This document shows positions 8,255 to 19,430 of a stretch of DNA of 64,000 bases, piece by piece. Position 1 is the first letter of the stretch; the number at the start of each line of letters is the position of its first letter. This DNA comes from an uncultured Planctomycetia bacterium (lineage in GTDB: Bacteria > Omnitrophota > Gorgyraeia > Tantalellales > Tantalellaceae), in contig CAZGQR010000008.1 of the NCBI GenBank assembly GCA_964527765.1, forward strand, positions 14,264 to 78,263, given 5' to 3'. The notes beneath the pieces were generated by a model that had not been told where the DNA came from, made no database searches, and worked only from the letters and a program-made list of their open reading frames with translations. Both the position numbers and the translations under genes were made by a program.

Positions 8255-10345
8255 CTATATCCCCAGTTTTCCCTTGAATCTTCCCGAAATGCTTCTTCTG
8301 ATGCCGGCATTATGCGGGTCCCTCAGCCCGGGATCCTCCCCGACCAGGTCAAACGCTTCTTTCCGCGCTTCTTCCATGATCCCAAAATCCCTGGCGATAT
8401 TGCCGAACCTGAGTTCAGGAAGACCGCTTTGCCTGGTCCCCAAAAACTCACCGGGCCCCCTGATATCCAGATCTTTTTCGGATATCTCAAAACCATCGTC
8501 CGTGCCGGTCATGATGGAAAGCCGTTCGTGCGAGGCCTCCGTCCTCGGTTCGCCCATAAGGATACAATAAGAGGCGTACTTGCCCCGCCCTATGCGCCCC
8601 CTCAACTGGTGAAGCTGCGCCAATCCGTACCGTTCAGCGTGTTCTACCAGCATGACGGTAACATTCGGGATATCCATTCCCACTTCGATCACGGTGGTGG
8701 CAACGAGGATATCGTATTTGCCGCGCCGGAAATCATCCATCACTTTTTTCTTCTCCTCGGATTTCATCCGTCCATGGACAAGCGCCAGGCGCAGATCGGC
8801 AAACACCTCCCCCCGCAGACGGGAGAACATCTCTTCTGCGGATCTAAGATCGGAGCGGCCGGTCTTCTTTATCCTTGGATATACTATAAAGACCTGCCTT
8901 CCCCCGGCGACCTCATCGCGCAAAAAAGCGTAAACGGCGCTTCTATGGTCTTCGCCGACCCAGTACGTGGTCACCTTTTCACGACCGGCCGGTTTTTCCT
9001 TCAGCAGGGAAATATCCATGTCCCCGTAGACCGTAAGCGCCAGGCTTCTCGGTATGGGCGTAGCCGTCATGACAAGAGTATCCGGCATGCTTCCTTTGCG
9101 GCGCAGCATGTCCCTCTGTGTGACACCGAATTTATGCTGCTCGTCTATAATGATCAGCCCCGGGTTATGGTAGTCGATGTCCTCCTGTATCAGGGCATGA
9201 GTGCCGATAACTATGTCCGCTTCCCCTTCGGCCAGCTCTTTTTTCACCATATCCTTATCTGCCTCATCGATCCCCCCTATCAGGAGCCTGACGTTCAGCC
9301 CGAGAGGCATGAACGTCTTGCTTACCGTCACGTAATGCTGACGCGCCAGCACCTCGGTGGGGACCATCATCGCGGCCTGGTAGCCGTTCATGACCGTCAA
9401 TAAGAGAGCGTACATGGAGACCACTGTCTTGCCGCTGCCTACATCGCCCTGCAAAAGACGGTACATCGGCTTATCACCGGACATGTCATTCTCTATTTCC
9501 CTTATGCATTTTTTTTGTTCGTCGGTGAACTCGAAAGCGAACAGCTTCCCAAAATCAGCCAGAAGCCCCTCTCCCACCTTGTGCCTGATGCCCTTTTTTC
9601 TGATCTCTTTCCGCCTGAGCGCCATGACCGCCTGCAGGATAAAAAACTCTTCAAAGACCAGTCTCTTGTAGGCCCTTTCAAGGTTCTGAAAAGAATAGGG
9701 AAAATGTATGTTCTCTATGGCGAACCTGGAATCGACCAGTTTCCGCCTGGCCCTTATGCGCGTGGGCAACGGATCCCGCACTTCGCCCGCATGAGAACGT
9801 ATAGCCTCGTGAACGACCTTGCGCACGTATCTCTGGCTGAGATTCTCGGTCAGAGGATAAATGGGGACTATCCTTCCGACATCAAGCGAGGTCTTGAGCT
9901 TGTCGGGAGACAGTTCTTTCTGGTCTTTCTCGGCCAGGATCTCGAAAGTCGGATGGTTTATCTGAAGATGCTTCCCGAGTTCGATCTTTCCGTAAAGCAC
10001 CACGGTCTGTCCCGCTGAAAAGACCTTTTTCATGAACGGCTGGTTATACCATACGGCGAACACCCTGCCGGTCTTACCCCCCACTGCCATCTCAAATATA
10101 CGTGTCCCCGTCCCGGCGGTAAAGATGCTGGTGCTCAGGACTTTCCCGATAACGGCCTGTGTCCGCCCCGGTTCGAGGTCTTTCACTTCCACGATGCGGC
10201 TTCTGTCCTCATACCGGCGCGGCAGGTAGTAAAACAGGTCGGATATGCTTTCGATGCCCACCTTCGCGAACAGGCTCGCCTTCCTGGGGCCTACACCTTT
10301 TATATATCTTATTGGAGTGCTCTGGAGGGGGTTTTTCCCTTGCAT
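8255..10345 (-). CDS. recG: ATP-dependent DNA helicase RecG
   Basis: LLQGDVGSGKT, DEQHKFG, MTATPIPR, QLHQLRGRIGRG, RGPGEFLGTRQSG; likely start ATG 10345. Confidence 0.97.
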   Translation of the reverse strand: MQGKNPLQSTPIRYIKGVGPRKASLFAKVGIESISDLFYYLPRRYEDRSRIVEVKDLEPGRTQAVIGKVLSTSIFTAGTGTRIFEMAVGGKTGRVFAVWYNQPFMKKVFSAGQTVVLYGKIELGKHLQINHPTFEILAEKDQKELSPDKLKTSLDVGRIVPIYPLTENLSQRYVRKVVHEAIRSHAGEVRDPLPTRIRARRKLVDSRFAIENIHFPYSFQNLERAYKRLVFEEFFILQAVMALRRKEIRKKGIRHKVGEGLLADFGKLFAFEFTDEQKKCIREIENDMSGDKPMYRLLQGDVGSGKTVVSMYALLLTVMNGYQAAMMVPTEVLARQHYVTVSKTFMPLGLNVRLLIGGIDEADKDMVKKELAEGEADIVIGTHALIQEDIDYHNPGLIIIDEQHKFGVTQRDMLRRKGSMPDTLVMTATPIPRSLALTVYGDMDISLLKEKPAGREKVTTYWVGEDHRSAVYAFLRDEVAGGRQVFIVYPRIKKTGRSDLRSAEEMFSRLRGEVFADLRLALVHGRMKSEEKKKVMDDFRRGKYDILVATTVIEVGMDIPNVTVMLVEHAERYGLAQLHQLRGRIGRGKYASYCILMGEPRTEASHERLSIMTGTDDGFEISEKDLDIRGPGEFLGTRQSGLPELRFGNIARDFGIMEEARKEAFDLVGEDPGLRDPHNAGIRRSISGRFKGKLGI

Positions 10346-10415
10346 AATATCCCCTATTATGATATTATCTCGTACTGTTTTACCCCACCAGAGATTATAA
10401 GAGAAAGGTTCCAAG

Positions 10416-10646
10416 ATGGCAAGAGAATGTTATATATGCGGGAAAAAACCGGCCAGCGGCAGATCGATAAGCCGCAGAGGTATGGCGAAAAGTAAAGGGG
10501 GCGTCGGCCAGAGGATCACCGGGAAGACCCTCCGCCGGTTCACTCCCAATATCCAGACCGTTAGCGTATTGATCGGTGGAAAGAAAAAAAAGATAAAGGT
10601 CTGCGCTAAATGCATCAAGGCCGGCAAGGTCAAAAAAGTGCTCTGA
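10416..10646 (+). CDS. rpmB: 50S ribosomal protein L28
   Basis: MARECYICGK...RRFTPNIQ...KVCAKCIK. Confidence 0.95.
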   Translation: MARECYICGKKPASGRSISRRGMAKSKGGVGQRITGKTLRRFTPNIQTVSVLIGGKKKKIKVCAKCIKAGKVKKVL

Positions 10647-10649
10647 AGA

Positions 10650-12359
10650 TCAGATGACAACCTGAAGATCCTTGATATTGAGCTGGATTGAATCGACCCC
10701 CGCCCAGCTGTTGATCGAGGGAGTATAAGCAAGGTTTATAATATCCCCCGACCTGGGCTTTTCAATATCCTTCTTTCTGAACGTTACCGCCTCGCAGGTA
10801 AGGTTCCCGCAGGTCGCCAGGAACTTAAAACCGTTCTTACCTATATCGCGCGGTGAATTCTTCACCTTTATGCCGCCCGTGCAAAAAATCGGTTCGCTGT
10901 TATCGGGACCGTGCGGCATAAGCATCTTGAGCTCATCGATAAGCTTCACGCCTATGTGCGAGAACGGCAGGCGAAGGTCTATCTTGAGTTCCGGGACCAC
11001 GGCCTCGCTTTGCACGGAATACTTTGCAGCCGCCTTATTCAGATCCTTCCTGAACGGCTCGATGTTTTGCTTTGCTATTTTTATACCGCACGCCTGTTCA
11101 TGCCCGCCGAAATCCACCAGATGGGCCCTGGCCTCGCTGATAGCGCCAAAAAGGTTGAATCCTTCCACGCTCCTGCCGGAACCTTTTCCCCTGTCGCCTT
11201 CGGTGGCTATCAGGATCACGGGCTTGCAGTACTCCTCCGTCAGCCGGGAGGCGACTATTCCGATAACGCCCGGATGCCAGTTTTCATCCGCCAAAACGAT
11301 GACCTTCTCCTTCTCCGGGTCCATCTCCTCTTTTACCCGCTGGAAAGCCTGTTTCAATATGTTTTTCTCGATATTCTGACGGTTCCTGTTTTCGCTGTCA
11401 AGAAGACGGGCGATCTCGCGGGCCCTGACGCTATCCCCGCACCTCAAAAGATCAAGGGCCACATTAGCGGATCCGACACGGCCCATCGCGTTTATCCGCG
11501 GCGCGAGGGCAAAACCTATATGCCTGCAAGTCAGCTTCTCGGGATTTACCCTTGCCACGTCCATAAGAGCTCTCAATCCGACCTTGTCGGTCTTCCTGAG
11601 TTCCTTTAGCCCGTTCTTTGCCAGTATCCGGTTCTCTCCCTTAAGCGGAACGATATCCGCTATGGTGCCGAGAGCCACAAGATCGAGATGCCTGTCCGCG
11701 AGCTCTTCCCGCCCTTTCATGAGAGCCCGGGCCAGTTTATACGCCACGCCGACACCCGCCAGGTAGTTGAAAGGATAAGAACAATCCGGCTGATGCGGGT
11801 CGATTATGGCGTACGCCGGCGGATGACTGCCCCCTTTTACGACATGATGGTCCGTAACGATCACGTCTATACCGTAATTATTCGCGCATTTTATTTCCTC
11901 CATGGAATTGATACCGCAATCCACGGTAACGATCAGCTTGACCCCGCGGTCCCTGGCCAGCGCCACGGCCCTTATATTAAGCCCGTACCCTTCTTCCAGC
12001 CGGTTCGGTATGAACGTGTCGTATTCCGCGCCTAAATGATCGAATATATCGGCGAGAAGCGCCGTGGAGGTCACCCCGTCCACATCATAATCGCCGTAGA
12101 TCAATATTTTTTCTTTATTGTCTATCGCTTTCTTTATCCTTTCCACGCCCCTGGCCATGTCCTTCATGAGGAACGGGTCGCTGCAGGAGGAAAACTCGCC
12201 GAAAAGGAATTCCTGGGCCTGCTCGGGGGTCCTGATATTGCGGTTCAGCAAAAGCTGCGCGAAAAGGGGTGATATACCCAGAGCATCACTGAGCACTTTT
12301 TGCAGCCGCGGGTTGGCTTCGTATAATTTCCAGTTCATTCCCATGTCAGACTGATTCAA
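10650..12359 (-). CDS. recJ: ssDNA-specific exonuclease RecJ
   Basis: YGDYDVDG, EGYGLN, TVDCG, TDHH, APRINAMGR, GSGRS, GGH. Confidence 0.96.
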   Translation of the reverse strand: MNQSDMGMNWKLYEANPRLQKVLSDALGISPLFAQLLLNRNIRTPEQAQEFLFGEFSSCSDPFLMKDMARGVERIKKAIDNKEKILIYGDYDVDGVTSTALLADIFDHLGAEYDTFIPNRLEEGYGLNIRAVALARDRGVKLIVTVDCGINSMEEIKCANNYGIDVIVTDHHVVKGGSHPPAYAIIDPHQPDCSYPFNYLAGVGVAYKLARALMKGREELADRHLDLVALGTIADIVPLKGENRILAKNGLKELRKTDKVGLRALMDVARVNPEKLTCRHIGFALAPRINAMGRVGSANVALDLLRCGDSVRAREIARLLDSENRNRQNIEKNILKQAFQRVKEEMDPEKEKVIVLADENWHPGVIGIVASRLTEEYCKPVILIATEGDRGKGSGRSVEGFNLFGAISEARAHLVDFGGHEQACGIKIAKQNIEPFRKDLNKAAAKYSVQSEAVVPELKIDLRLPFSHIGVKLIDELKMLMPHGPDNSEPIFCTGGIKVKNSPRDIGKNGFKFLATCGNLTCEAVTFRKKDIEKPRSGDIINLAYTPSINSWAGVDSIQLNIKDLQVVI

Positions 12360-13243
12360 TCAATATCCCCTGAAGGTTCGACGTGAACGATGACGTCTTT
12401 CACGTTCGGCATCGCCCTGAATATTTCTCTCCTGATCTTCATCGTCACCAGATGCCCTTCCTTAACGGTCTTGCTGCCGTCCACCCCTACGGTAACCTCA
12501 ACGAAAAACTCTATTCCGGTCTTCCTTGCCATTATTTTTTTCACCTCTTCGACCCCATCCACGCTGCTTATCGTATCTTTTATCCTGTTTCTCAATTCAC
12601 TGGGTGGAGCCGCGTCCATTAATTCATCGTAAGCCATGTGAAAAGTTTCAACGCCCATCTTGATTATGAAGCCGGCCACGATGATACCGGCAAGGGGATC
12701 CATGAATGTCCTGCCGAGCTTGGCCCCGGTGATACCTATGATCGCCGCGACCGATGACAGGACATCGCTTCTATGGTGCCGCGCGTCAGCTTTCAGCGAA
12801 GTGCTGTTTATCTTATTGCCCGCGGACATGACACGCCGATAAGTGATCTCTTTTACGATAATGGAAATAAGGGCCGCGATAAAAGCGATACTTCCGGGTT
12901 CGGTCATGTTCCCGGCTATCAGTATCCTCGCGGAATCATAAGCTATCCCCAGGCCGACCGCTATCAGGATAAGCGAGACGATCTTTGCCGCGATGGATTC
13001 TGCCCGGCCGTGCCCGAAAGGATGGTGTTCATCGGCGGGTTTTCGCGCGATCTTGAATCCGATAAAAACACCTATCGAGGTCAGGGCGTCGCTTGCCGTA
13101 TGGAACGCGTCGGCGATAATGGCCTGGGACCTGCCGAAAATGCCGGCGAAAAGTTTCATCACGAAAAGCAGGATATTACTGAGAATGCCCAGCCAGGCAC
13201 CTTTTTCGCCTATCTTGTAACCATATTCGTAACTGTGCGGCAT
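12356..13243 (-). CDS. Cation diffusion facilitator (FieF-like) transporter
   Basis: ADAFHTASD, HPFGHGRAE, ADARHHRSD, C-terminal VIVHVEP. Confidence 0.92.
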   Translation of the reverse strand: MPHSYEYGYKIGEKGAWLGILSNILLFVMKLFAGIFGRSQAIIADAFHTASDALTSIGVFIGFKIARKPADEHHPFGHGRAESIAAKIVSLILIAVGLGIAYDSARILIAGNMTEPGSIAFIAALISIIVKEITYRRVMSAGNKINSTSLKADARHHRSDVLSSVAAIIGITGAKLGRTFMDPLAGIIVAGFIIKMGVETFHMAYDELMDAAPPSELRNRIKDTISSVDGVEEVKKIMARKTGIEFFVEVTVGVDGSKTVKEGHLVTMKIRREIFRAMPNVKDVIVHVEPSGDID

Positions 13244-13283
13244 TATTGGACCATAAGGAATGGCACTGCGTTACCCGTGCGCC

Positions 13284-15512
13284 CTATCGCTTTGCTAGCT
13301 TTCTTCCCGGCCAGTCGATCAAGAGCGGGCTGGCAATGAATATGGAAGAATATGTGCCCACTATCACGCCGACGAGGAGCACAAAAGAAAAGTCGTTGAT
13401 CACCGTGCCCCCGAAGATGAACAGCGCAAGGACGACGACCAGGGTTGTCAGAGACGTCAATACCGTGCGTGAAAGCGTCTGATTTATACTGGTGTTTATT
13501 ATTTCTTCCTGTCCGGCTTTACGCATGAATTTCCTGTCCTCCCTTATGCGGTCAAAAAGCACTATCGTGTCGTTTATTGAATAACCGACGATGGTCAAAA
13601 GCGCTGCTATGACGGGCAGTGATATCTCGCGGCCCGTAAGCGCGATCATGCCGAGGGAGACCAGAACATCATGAATGAGCGCTATTATGGCGGTTACGGC
13701 GAACCTGAACTCGAACCGGAAAGAGATATACAGGCACATGCCTATCATGGCGAAGATCAGCGCCTTGATCGCCGCTCTTCTGAGATCCTCCCCGACCGCG
13801 GGACCGACTGTTTCCACCCTCATCACCTCAAAGGACTCCGGGCCGAACCTTTCGCGAAGACCGGAAATTATTTCCTCGGTCTTTCCGCTGAAAGACCTGA
13901 TTATGATCTCCTTGCCTTCCCCGAACTGCTGGATCGCGGATTCACCGAGCCCGGCACTGGAAAGAACGTTCCTTACCTCCGTAACAGGCACGACTTCGGT
14001 AAACTTGAACTGCTGCAGTGTCCCGCCGGTAAAATCCACACCGTAATTCTTCTCTCCGCGCTGCATGAAAAGGACCATTCCGCCCGCGATCACCAGGATC
14101 GAAAGCGCGTACGCTATCTTGCGTATTTTGACGAACGGGATGTTCGGCTGGCTGAAAAACTGCAGCATGGGAAGCTTCTGCATCTGAGGTTTATTTATGG
14201 TAATAACGTCGAATACGAGACGCGTTACCACCAGCGCGGTGAACATGCTGGCGATAATACCTATGCTGAGGACCGTGGCGAACCCCCTGACGGGGCCGGT
14301 ACCGAACTGAAAAAGTATGAGCGCGGTGATCAACGTCGTCACGTTGGCGTCCAGAATGGTCCAGAACGCCTTGTCATAACCGGCGTGAATGGCCGCCCTG
14401 AGGGACTTGCCGAGCCTGGACTCCTCGCGTATGCGTTCGAATATAAGCACGTTAGCGTCAACGGCCATGCCGATCGTAAGAACGAGACCGGCTATGCCCG
14501 GAAGAGTGAGCGTGGCGCCGAAATACGACAGCGCGCCGGTTATGATCAGTATGTTCAAAACAAGGGCAAAATCCGCTATCACGCCGGCGAGAAGATAATA
14601 TATCGCCATGAACGCAAGAACACATATCCCGCCGATGATGATGGCGTTGATGCCTCTCTCCACCGAATCCTTGCCGAGGCCCGGCCCCACGCTGCGTTCC
14701 TCTATGATCTCAACGGGAGCCGGCAATGCGCCGGCCCTCAATACCAGCGCGATATCCTTGGCTTCCTGAACCGAAAAATTGCCGGTTATCTGCGCTCTCC
14801 CGGAAGGTATCCTCTCGCGTATGACCGGGGCCGTATAGGGCTCTCCGTCAAGGACGACGGCCAGCCTGCGGCCGACGTTGGCGCCGGTCGTGTCGGCGAA
14901 GACAGCCCCGCCCTTATCGTTCAGCGTAAGAGAAACGTAAGGCTGGCCGAATCCCTGCTGGCTGAACTCGGTGGTAGCATCTACCAGCATATCTCCTGTC
15001 AGTACGACGTCCGTCTCGATAAGAAGCGTTTCCGTCTTGTCGTCCCTGGTCTTCATCTCCTCAAGTTCATACCCTTCGATCTTCTCTCCCGCCAGGGCCT
15101 TCTTGAGAAGCTCCGGATTGTCGCTCACGAGCCGGAATTCCAGATGAGCGGTCCGGCCTATGATCTCTTTGGCCCTTTCTCTGTCGGTAACGCCGGGGAG
15201 CTGGACAAGTATCCGGTCCTTGCCCTGAAGCTGTATGACGGGTTCAAGGACGCCGAACTGGTCTATTCTGTTCCGTATGATCTCAAGGGCGCGCGCGGGA
15301 GCATCTTTCGCTTCATTGGGAGACAATTTGGAAAGATCCACCCGAAGCACCAGGTGCATGCCGCCCTGCAGGTCAAGCCCGAGATTCAATTTCCCTTCCT
15401 GGGCGACATTTCCTTCCTTGTCGTAAATATCCAGCGGCGGATATGAAAACCATATCGCCAGGGCCGCGATCAGGACCACCAAGGCACTTTTCCACTTAAG
15501 TCTTTTCCACAT
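13284..15512 (-). CDS. secDF: Fused protein translocase subunit SecDF
   Basis: LGLDLQGG, GMAVDANVLIFERIRE (SecD); GVDFTGG, GYSINDTIVLFDRIRE (SecF). Confidence 0.96.
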   Translation of the reverse strand: MWKRLKWKSALVVLIAALAIWFSYPPLDIYDKEGNVAQEGKLNLGLDLQGGMHLVLRVDLSKLSPNEAKDAPARALEIIRNRIDQFGVLEPVIQLQGKDRILVQLPGVTDRERAKEIIGRTAHLEFRLVSDNPELLKKALAGEKIEGYELEEMKTRDDKTETLLIETDVVLTGDMLVDATTEFSQQGFGQPYVSLTLNDKGGAVFADTTGANVGRRLAVVLDGEPYTAPVIRERIPSGRAQITGNFSVQEAKDIALVLRAGALPAPVEIIEERSVGPGLGKDSVERGINAIIIGGICVLAFMAIYYLLAGVIADFALVLNILIITGALSYFGATLTLPGIAGLVLTIGMAVDANVLIFERIREESRLGKSLRAAIHAGYDKAFWTILDANVTTLITALILFQFGTGPVRGFATVLSIGIIASMFTALVVTRLVFDVITINKPQMQKLPMLQFFSQPNIPFVKIRKIAYALSILVIAGGMVLFMQRGEKNYGVDFTGGTLQQFKFTEVVPVTEVRNVLSSAGLGESAIQQFGEGKEIIIRSFSGKTEEIISGLRERFGPESFEVMRVETVGPAVGEDLRRAAIKALIFAMIGMCLYISFRFEFRFAVTAIIALIHDVLVSLGMIALTGREISLPVIAALLTIVGYSINDTIVLFDRIREDRKFMRKAGQEEIINTSINQTLSRTVLTSLTTLVVVLALFIFGGTVINDFSFVLLVGVIVGTYSSIFIASPLLIDWPGRKLAKR

Positions 15513-15532
15513 ATTTTCGTGACCTTCCCTTT

Positions 15533-15856
15533 TTATTCCGTCCTGGGCTTCTTGAGCCTGGATATGGAGTTTTTCTGGATCTTCATCCTGGTATTGTCAT
15601 CGATACGAAGAGTCACCACATCATCCTGTATGTTGACTATGGTGCCGTGAATGCCGCCGGAGGTGACGACCTCGTCGTTCTTGGCCAGCGCCTCAAGCAT
15701 TTTTGCGTGTTCCCGCTGGGCTTTTTTCTGCGGCCGGATGAGCAAAAAATAAAAAATGACAAAAATAAGCGCTATCGGCATCAGACTCACCAGCGGACTC
15801 TGCTGGGCCGGACCCGGCCCGGCCGAAGCGCCTTGCGCGAATGCTAAAGTCAGCAT
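15533..15856 (-). CDS. yajC: Preprotein translocase subunit YajC
   Basis: IFYFLLIRPQKK, DEVVTSGGIHG; between tgt and secDF. Confidence 0.96.
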   Translation of the reverse strand: MLTLAFAQGASAGPGPAQQSPLVSLMPIALIFVIFYFLLIRPQKKAQREHAKMLEALAKNDEVVTSGGIHGTIVNIQDDVVTLRIDDNTRMKIQKNSISRLKKPRTE

Positions 15857-15910
15857 AACGGTATCCTTTCCTTTTTATTGTGATTTTCTCACGGGGTAAA
15901 AACAAACCCA

Positions 15911-15939
15911 ATTATACCTATATATACGGAAAAAAACAA
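15911..15939 (-). promoter_or_regulatory. Putative sigma70 promoter for yajC-secDF
   Basis: TTGTTT, 17 nt spacer, perfect TATAAT (15916-15911). Confidence 0.35.
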
Positions 15940-15950
15940 TACGCCCCGCA

Positions 15951-17093
<1,143 letters not shown>

Positions 17094-17121
17094 TCACGCT
17101 TGAAAACATTTGCGGAATGAC

Positions 17122-17478
17122 TCATGAAAGTTCTTCGACAGCCCTGACAAGATTGTCCACACTGCCGCTTTTGACCAGGAACCGGTCCGCCGTCCGGGCA
17201 TAAACGCTGTTCTCGTATTCATGATAACCGGTATAGATAATGATCCGGGAATACGGAGAGATCTGTTTAAGAGTGGAAAAAATGGACAGTCCGTCCTTTC
17301 CGGGCATCATCAGGTCCAGGATGATAACGGCCGGGGTATTGTCCTCCAGATATGCAAGAAGTTCATAACCGTTGTAAACCGAATCTGCCTCATACCCTGA
17401 TCTTACCAGTATATCGACTACCAGTTCACACAGTGTCCTATTATCGTCGGCTATGACTATCTTTCCCCGCTGCTGCAT
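17122..17478 (-). CDS. Stand-alone response regulator receiver protein
   Basis: IVIADD, LDLMMP (phospho-Asp), YT, FLVK; no output domain. Confidence 0.88.
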   Translation of the reverse strand: MQQRGKIVIADDNRTLCELVVDILVRSGYEADSVYNGYELLAYLEDNTPAVIILDLMMPGKDGLSIFSTLKQISPYSRIIIYTGYHEYENSVYARTADRFLVKSGSVDNLVRAVEELS

Positions 17479-17511
17479 AGTCCCACCCCGCAAGCATGGC
17501 CTTAGCGTCCC

Positions 17512-17541
17512 ATTGTATCACCACTGTCGCCGGGTTGTCAA
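17512..17541 (-). promoter_or_regulatory. Putative sigma70 promoter upstream of the receiver gene and tgt
   Basis: TTGACA (17541-17536), 18 nt spacer, TACAAT (17517-17512) with TG extension. Confidence 0.55.
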
Positions 17542-17589
17542 TCAAGCGATACCCCGGACAGCGTAAAAAATCCTGCTGATTTTATGTTC

Positions 17590-17666
17590 AAGAGCACAGT
17601 GCGTTCCCTATCAGGGCCCCTCCGCCCGGTGTGGATCCTCCCTGTACGGGAACACACTGTGCTCTT
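17590..17666 (-). repeat. Long inverted repeat / RNA hairpin at the 3' end of the RiPP cassette
   Basis: Arms 17590-17608 and 17648-17666 are 18/19 complementary; the mismatch is a U-G wobble on the minus-strand transcript; inner CAGGG/CCCTG extends the stem. Confidence 0.8.
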
Positions 17667-17676
17667 TGATCAAATT

Positions 17677-18225
17677 TCAAGGTTTTTGAGGTTCCTTTAA
17701 AATGTTAAATCTTATTACCATCAAAGCTATTACACTGCCCGCGGCATTCAGGACGGCATCCCTCCAGTCAAAGACCCTGTTCGGCAGTAACAGCTGAATG
17801 ATCTCATCCAGAAAACCCGCACTCAGGCAGAACAGGGAACCGAAAAGATAGAGTTTTTTATCGAACCTGTCGATGTCTATTTTCAGCGCGTTATAAACAA
17901 AAACCCCCAGAAGCGCGTATTCGATCAGATGTATCTTCTCCACGGGGAATCTCGACAGTCTGTTCAGCGCCAGGAATATCCAGACGAACAGAAAGAATAA
18001 AAGGTAACTGTTCGGGGACCTTTCTTTTTTCACAAAGATCATATAAGCAAAGAGGCAGACAGCCGCGATGAAAAAGACGATGTACACCGGGATAGTGCCT
18101 TTACCGCCTAAAGATGCGTTAAACCCGTCCCAGATCCGCGGAGCGACCCCGAGAGTGGAATAAACAACCATCAGGTATAACGCGGTTATCGCCCACCAGA
18201 CTTTTCTCAGGTATTTCTTTCTCAT
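17677..18225 (-). CDS. VanZ-family membrane protein
   Basis: Multi-TM; KIHLIEYALLG, DEIIQLLLPNRVFDWRDAVLN. Confidence 0.85.
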   Translation of the reverse strand: MRKKYLRKVWWAITALYLMVVYSTLGVAPRIWDGFNASLGGKGTIPVYIVFFIAAVCLFAYMIFVKKERSPNSYLLFFLFVWIFLALNRLSRFPVEKIHLIEYALLGVFVYNALKIDIDRFDKKLYLFGSLFCLSAGFLDEIIQLLLPNRVFDWRDAVLNAAGSVIALMVIRFNILKEPQKP

Positions 18226-18248
18226 AAGACCCTTCTTTAAACCGCGGT

Positions 18249-19430
18249 TTACTCCGCAGGCGCGGCCACTGCGGACCTTCTGCGGGTACATACGGTTTTG
18301 AGCGTTTTACCGAAAATTATAAGAAAATGCCTTATCAAATAGGGGTACACCATAAAACTCAACAGGACAAATTTCACCGTATCCCATATGCTGTCGAACA
18401 TGACCAGTTCGGCAATGTAACCCGTGCTTGTGCCGGCATTTCTTATCTTACGGAAGAACCAGCGGTCGCTTTTTTTTGCCGACCGCCCCAGGTCCTCGAA
18501 CACCGCCCCGGGCACAGGCGTGCCGAACATATTCTTCGTGAAAAGAAGCGCGTAATAAAGCGGTTTTCTTATCCTGTACTTCCCGGCGGCGCCTGTCACC
18601 TCTTCCCAGCTTATCTCCCCCTCATGCTTCCGGATAAACTCATTGATATCGACATACCATCTGACACCCGAGAAGCTGTGCTGCATGGATACGTGCAGGC
18701 ACTGATAAAGAAGCGTGTGGACGATATCCAGCGTGCGTAACCTCACACCGCCCGCGCTGAGCACTCTCGCACGCTCCAGGATCCCGTTCACATCCATATT
18801 GAGGATCCTGTTGTGCAGCATGCGCCCGATAAAACTCCTGTGAACATCCAGGCATATCCCGTCGTCCCGGACATACAGTTTCTGGGCCCTGTAATCATCG
18901 GGGTCCCCCTTGCCGTCAGAGGGCGTAAATCCCTGCGCCTTCAATATCCCGTGGACCTTCCGCGCGTCTTCCGGCCGCACCAGCAGGTCGATATCAGCCA
19001 TCTCCCTGAGGCCGATATCGCCGTACACATCCATCAGATAGGAAACCCCTTTCGTGAAGATCACGTCCACCCTTTCCTTCCGGAAAAGATCCGACAGCGA
19101 TCCGGCGGCATCGAGGTTCCTGACATTGTAAGCAAAGATCTCGGCGGTCCATTCCCTCAAACGGGCATTCACCCTTTCGGGGATACCGCCGAAACCCTGC
19201 AGGGACCTGTAAGCGAGCGGGGACACCTGATATACATTGGCGAGTTCCAGGAAGCGGTCCCAGTCCACTTTTCCCGAGCGAAGTATCGACCCCGCTTCCG
19301 ACCGCTCCTTTTCGCCTAGAGACGTCCTGGAAAAGAGGATGACGAGCTTTTCCTCGACAGCCCTCGGTCCGGAAGGGCCGAGATCAATGGCCGGAAAAAT
19401 ATCTATCTGCTGCGTGATCATTCTGGGCAT
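18249..19430 (-). CDS. Nucleotidyltransferase family protein (NTP_transf_5 type, common in RiPP clusters)
   Basis: DWDRFLELA, KGVSYL..VYGDIGLREMADIDLLV, LDVH, LRWYVD-like motif (VRWYVDI). Confidence 0.85.
   Translation of the reverse strand: MPRMITQQIDIFPAIDLGPSGPRAVEEKLVILFSRTSLGEKERSEAGSILRSGKVDWDRFLELANVYQVSPLAYRSLQGFGGIPERVNARLREWTAEIFAYNVRNLDAAGSLSDLFRKERVDVIFTKGVSYLMDVYGDIGLREMADIDLLVRPEDARKVHGILKAQGFTPSDGKGDPDDYRAQKLYVRDDGICLDVHRSFIGRMLHNRILNMDVNGILERARVLSAGGVRLRTLDIVHTLLYQCLHVSMQHSFSGVRWYVDINEFIRKHEGEISWEEVTGAAGKYRIRKPLYYALLFTKNMFGTPVPGAVFEDLGRSAKKSDRWFFRKIRNAGTSTGYIAELVMFDSIWDTVKFVLLSFMVYPYLIRHFLIIFGKTLKTVCTRRRSAVAAPAE

Noticed and set aside
13671-15446. 591-aa plus-strand ORF, and other long plus-strand ORFs such as 4877-5923, 8252-9403 and 62834-63532
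   Set aside because: Antisense shadows of well-supported minus-strand genes (secDF, ackA, recG, fusA); no recognisable motifs
13284-15512. SecD-SecF fusion as a novelty
   Set aside because: Fused SecDF is common in many bacterial lineages
17590-17666. Long hairpin considered as SRP (4.5S) RNA or tRNA
   Set aside because: Lacks the SRP helix-8 GGAA tetraloop/AGCAG motif and has no cloverleaf or TTCGA arm
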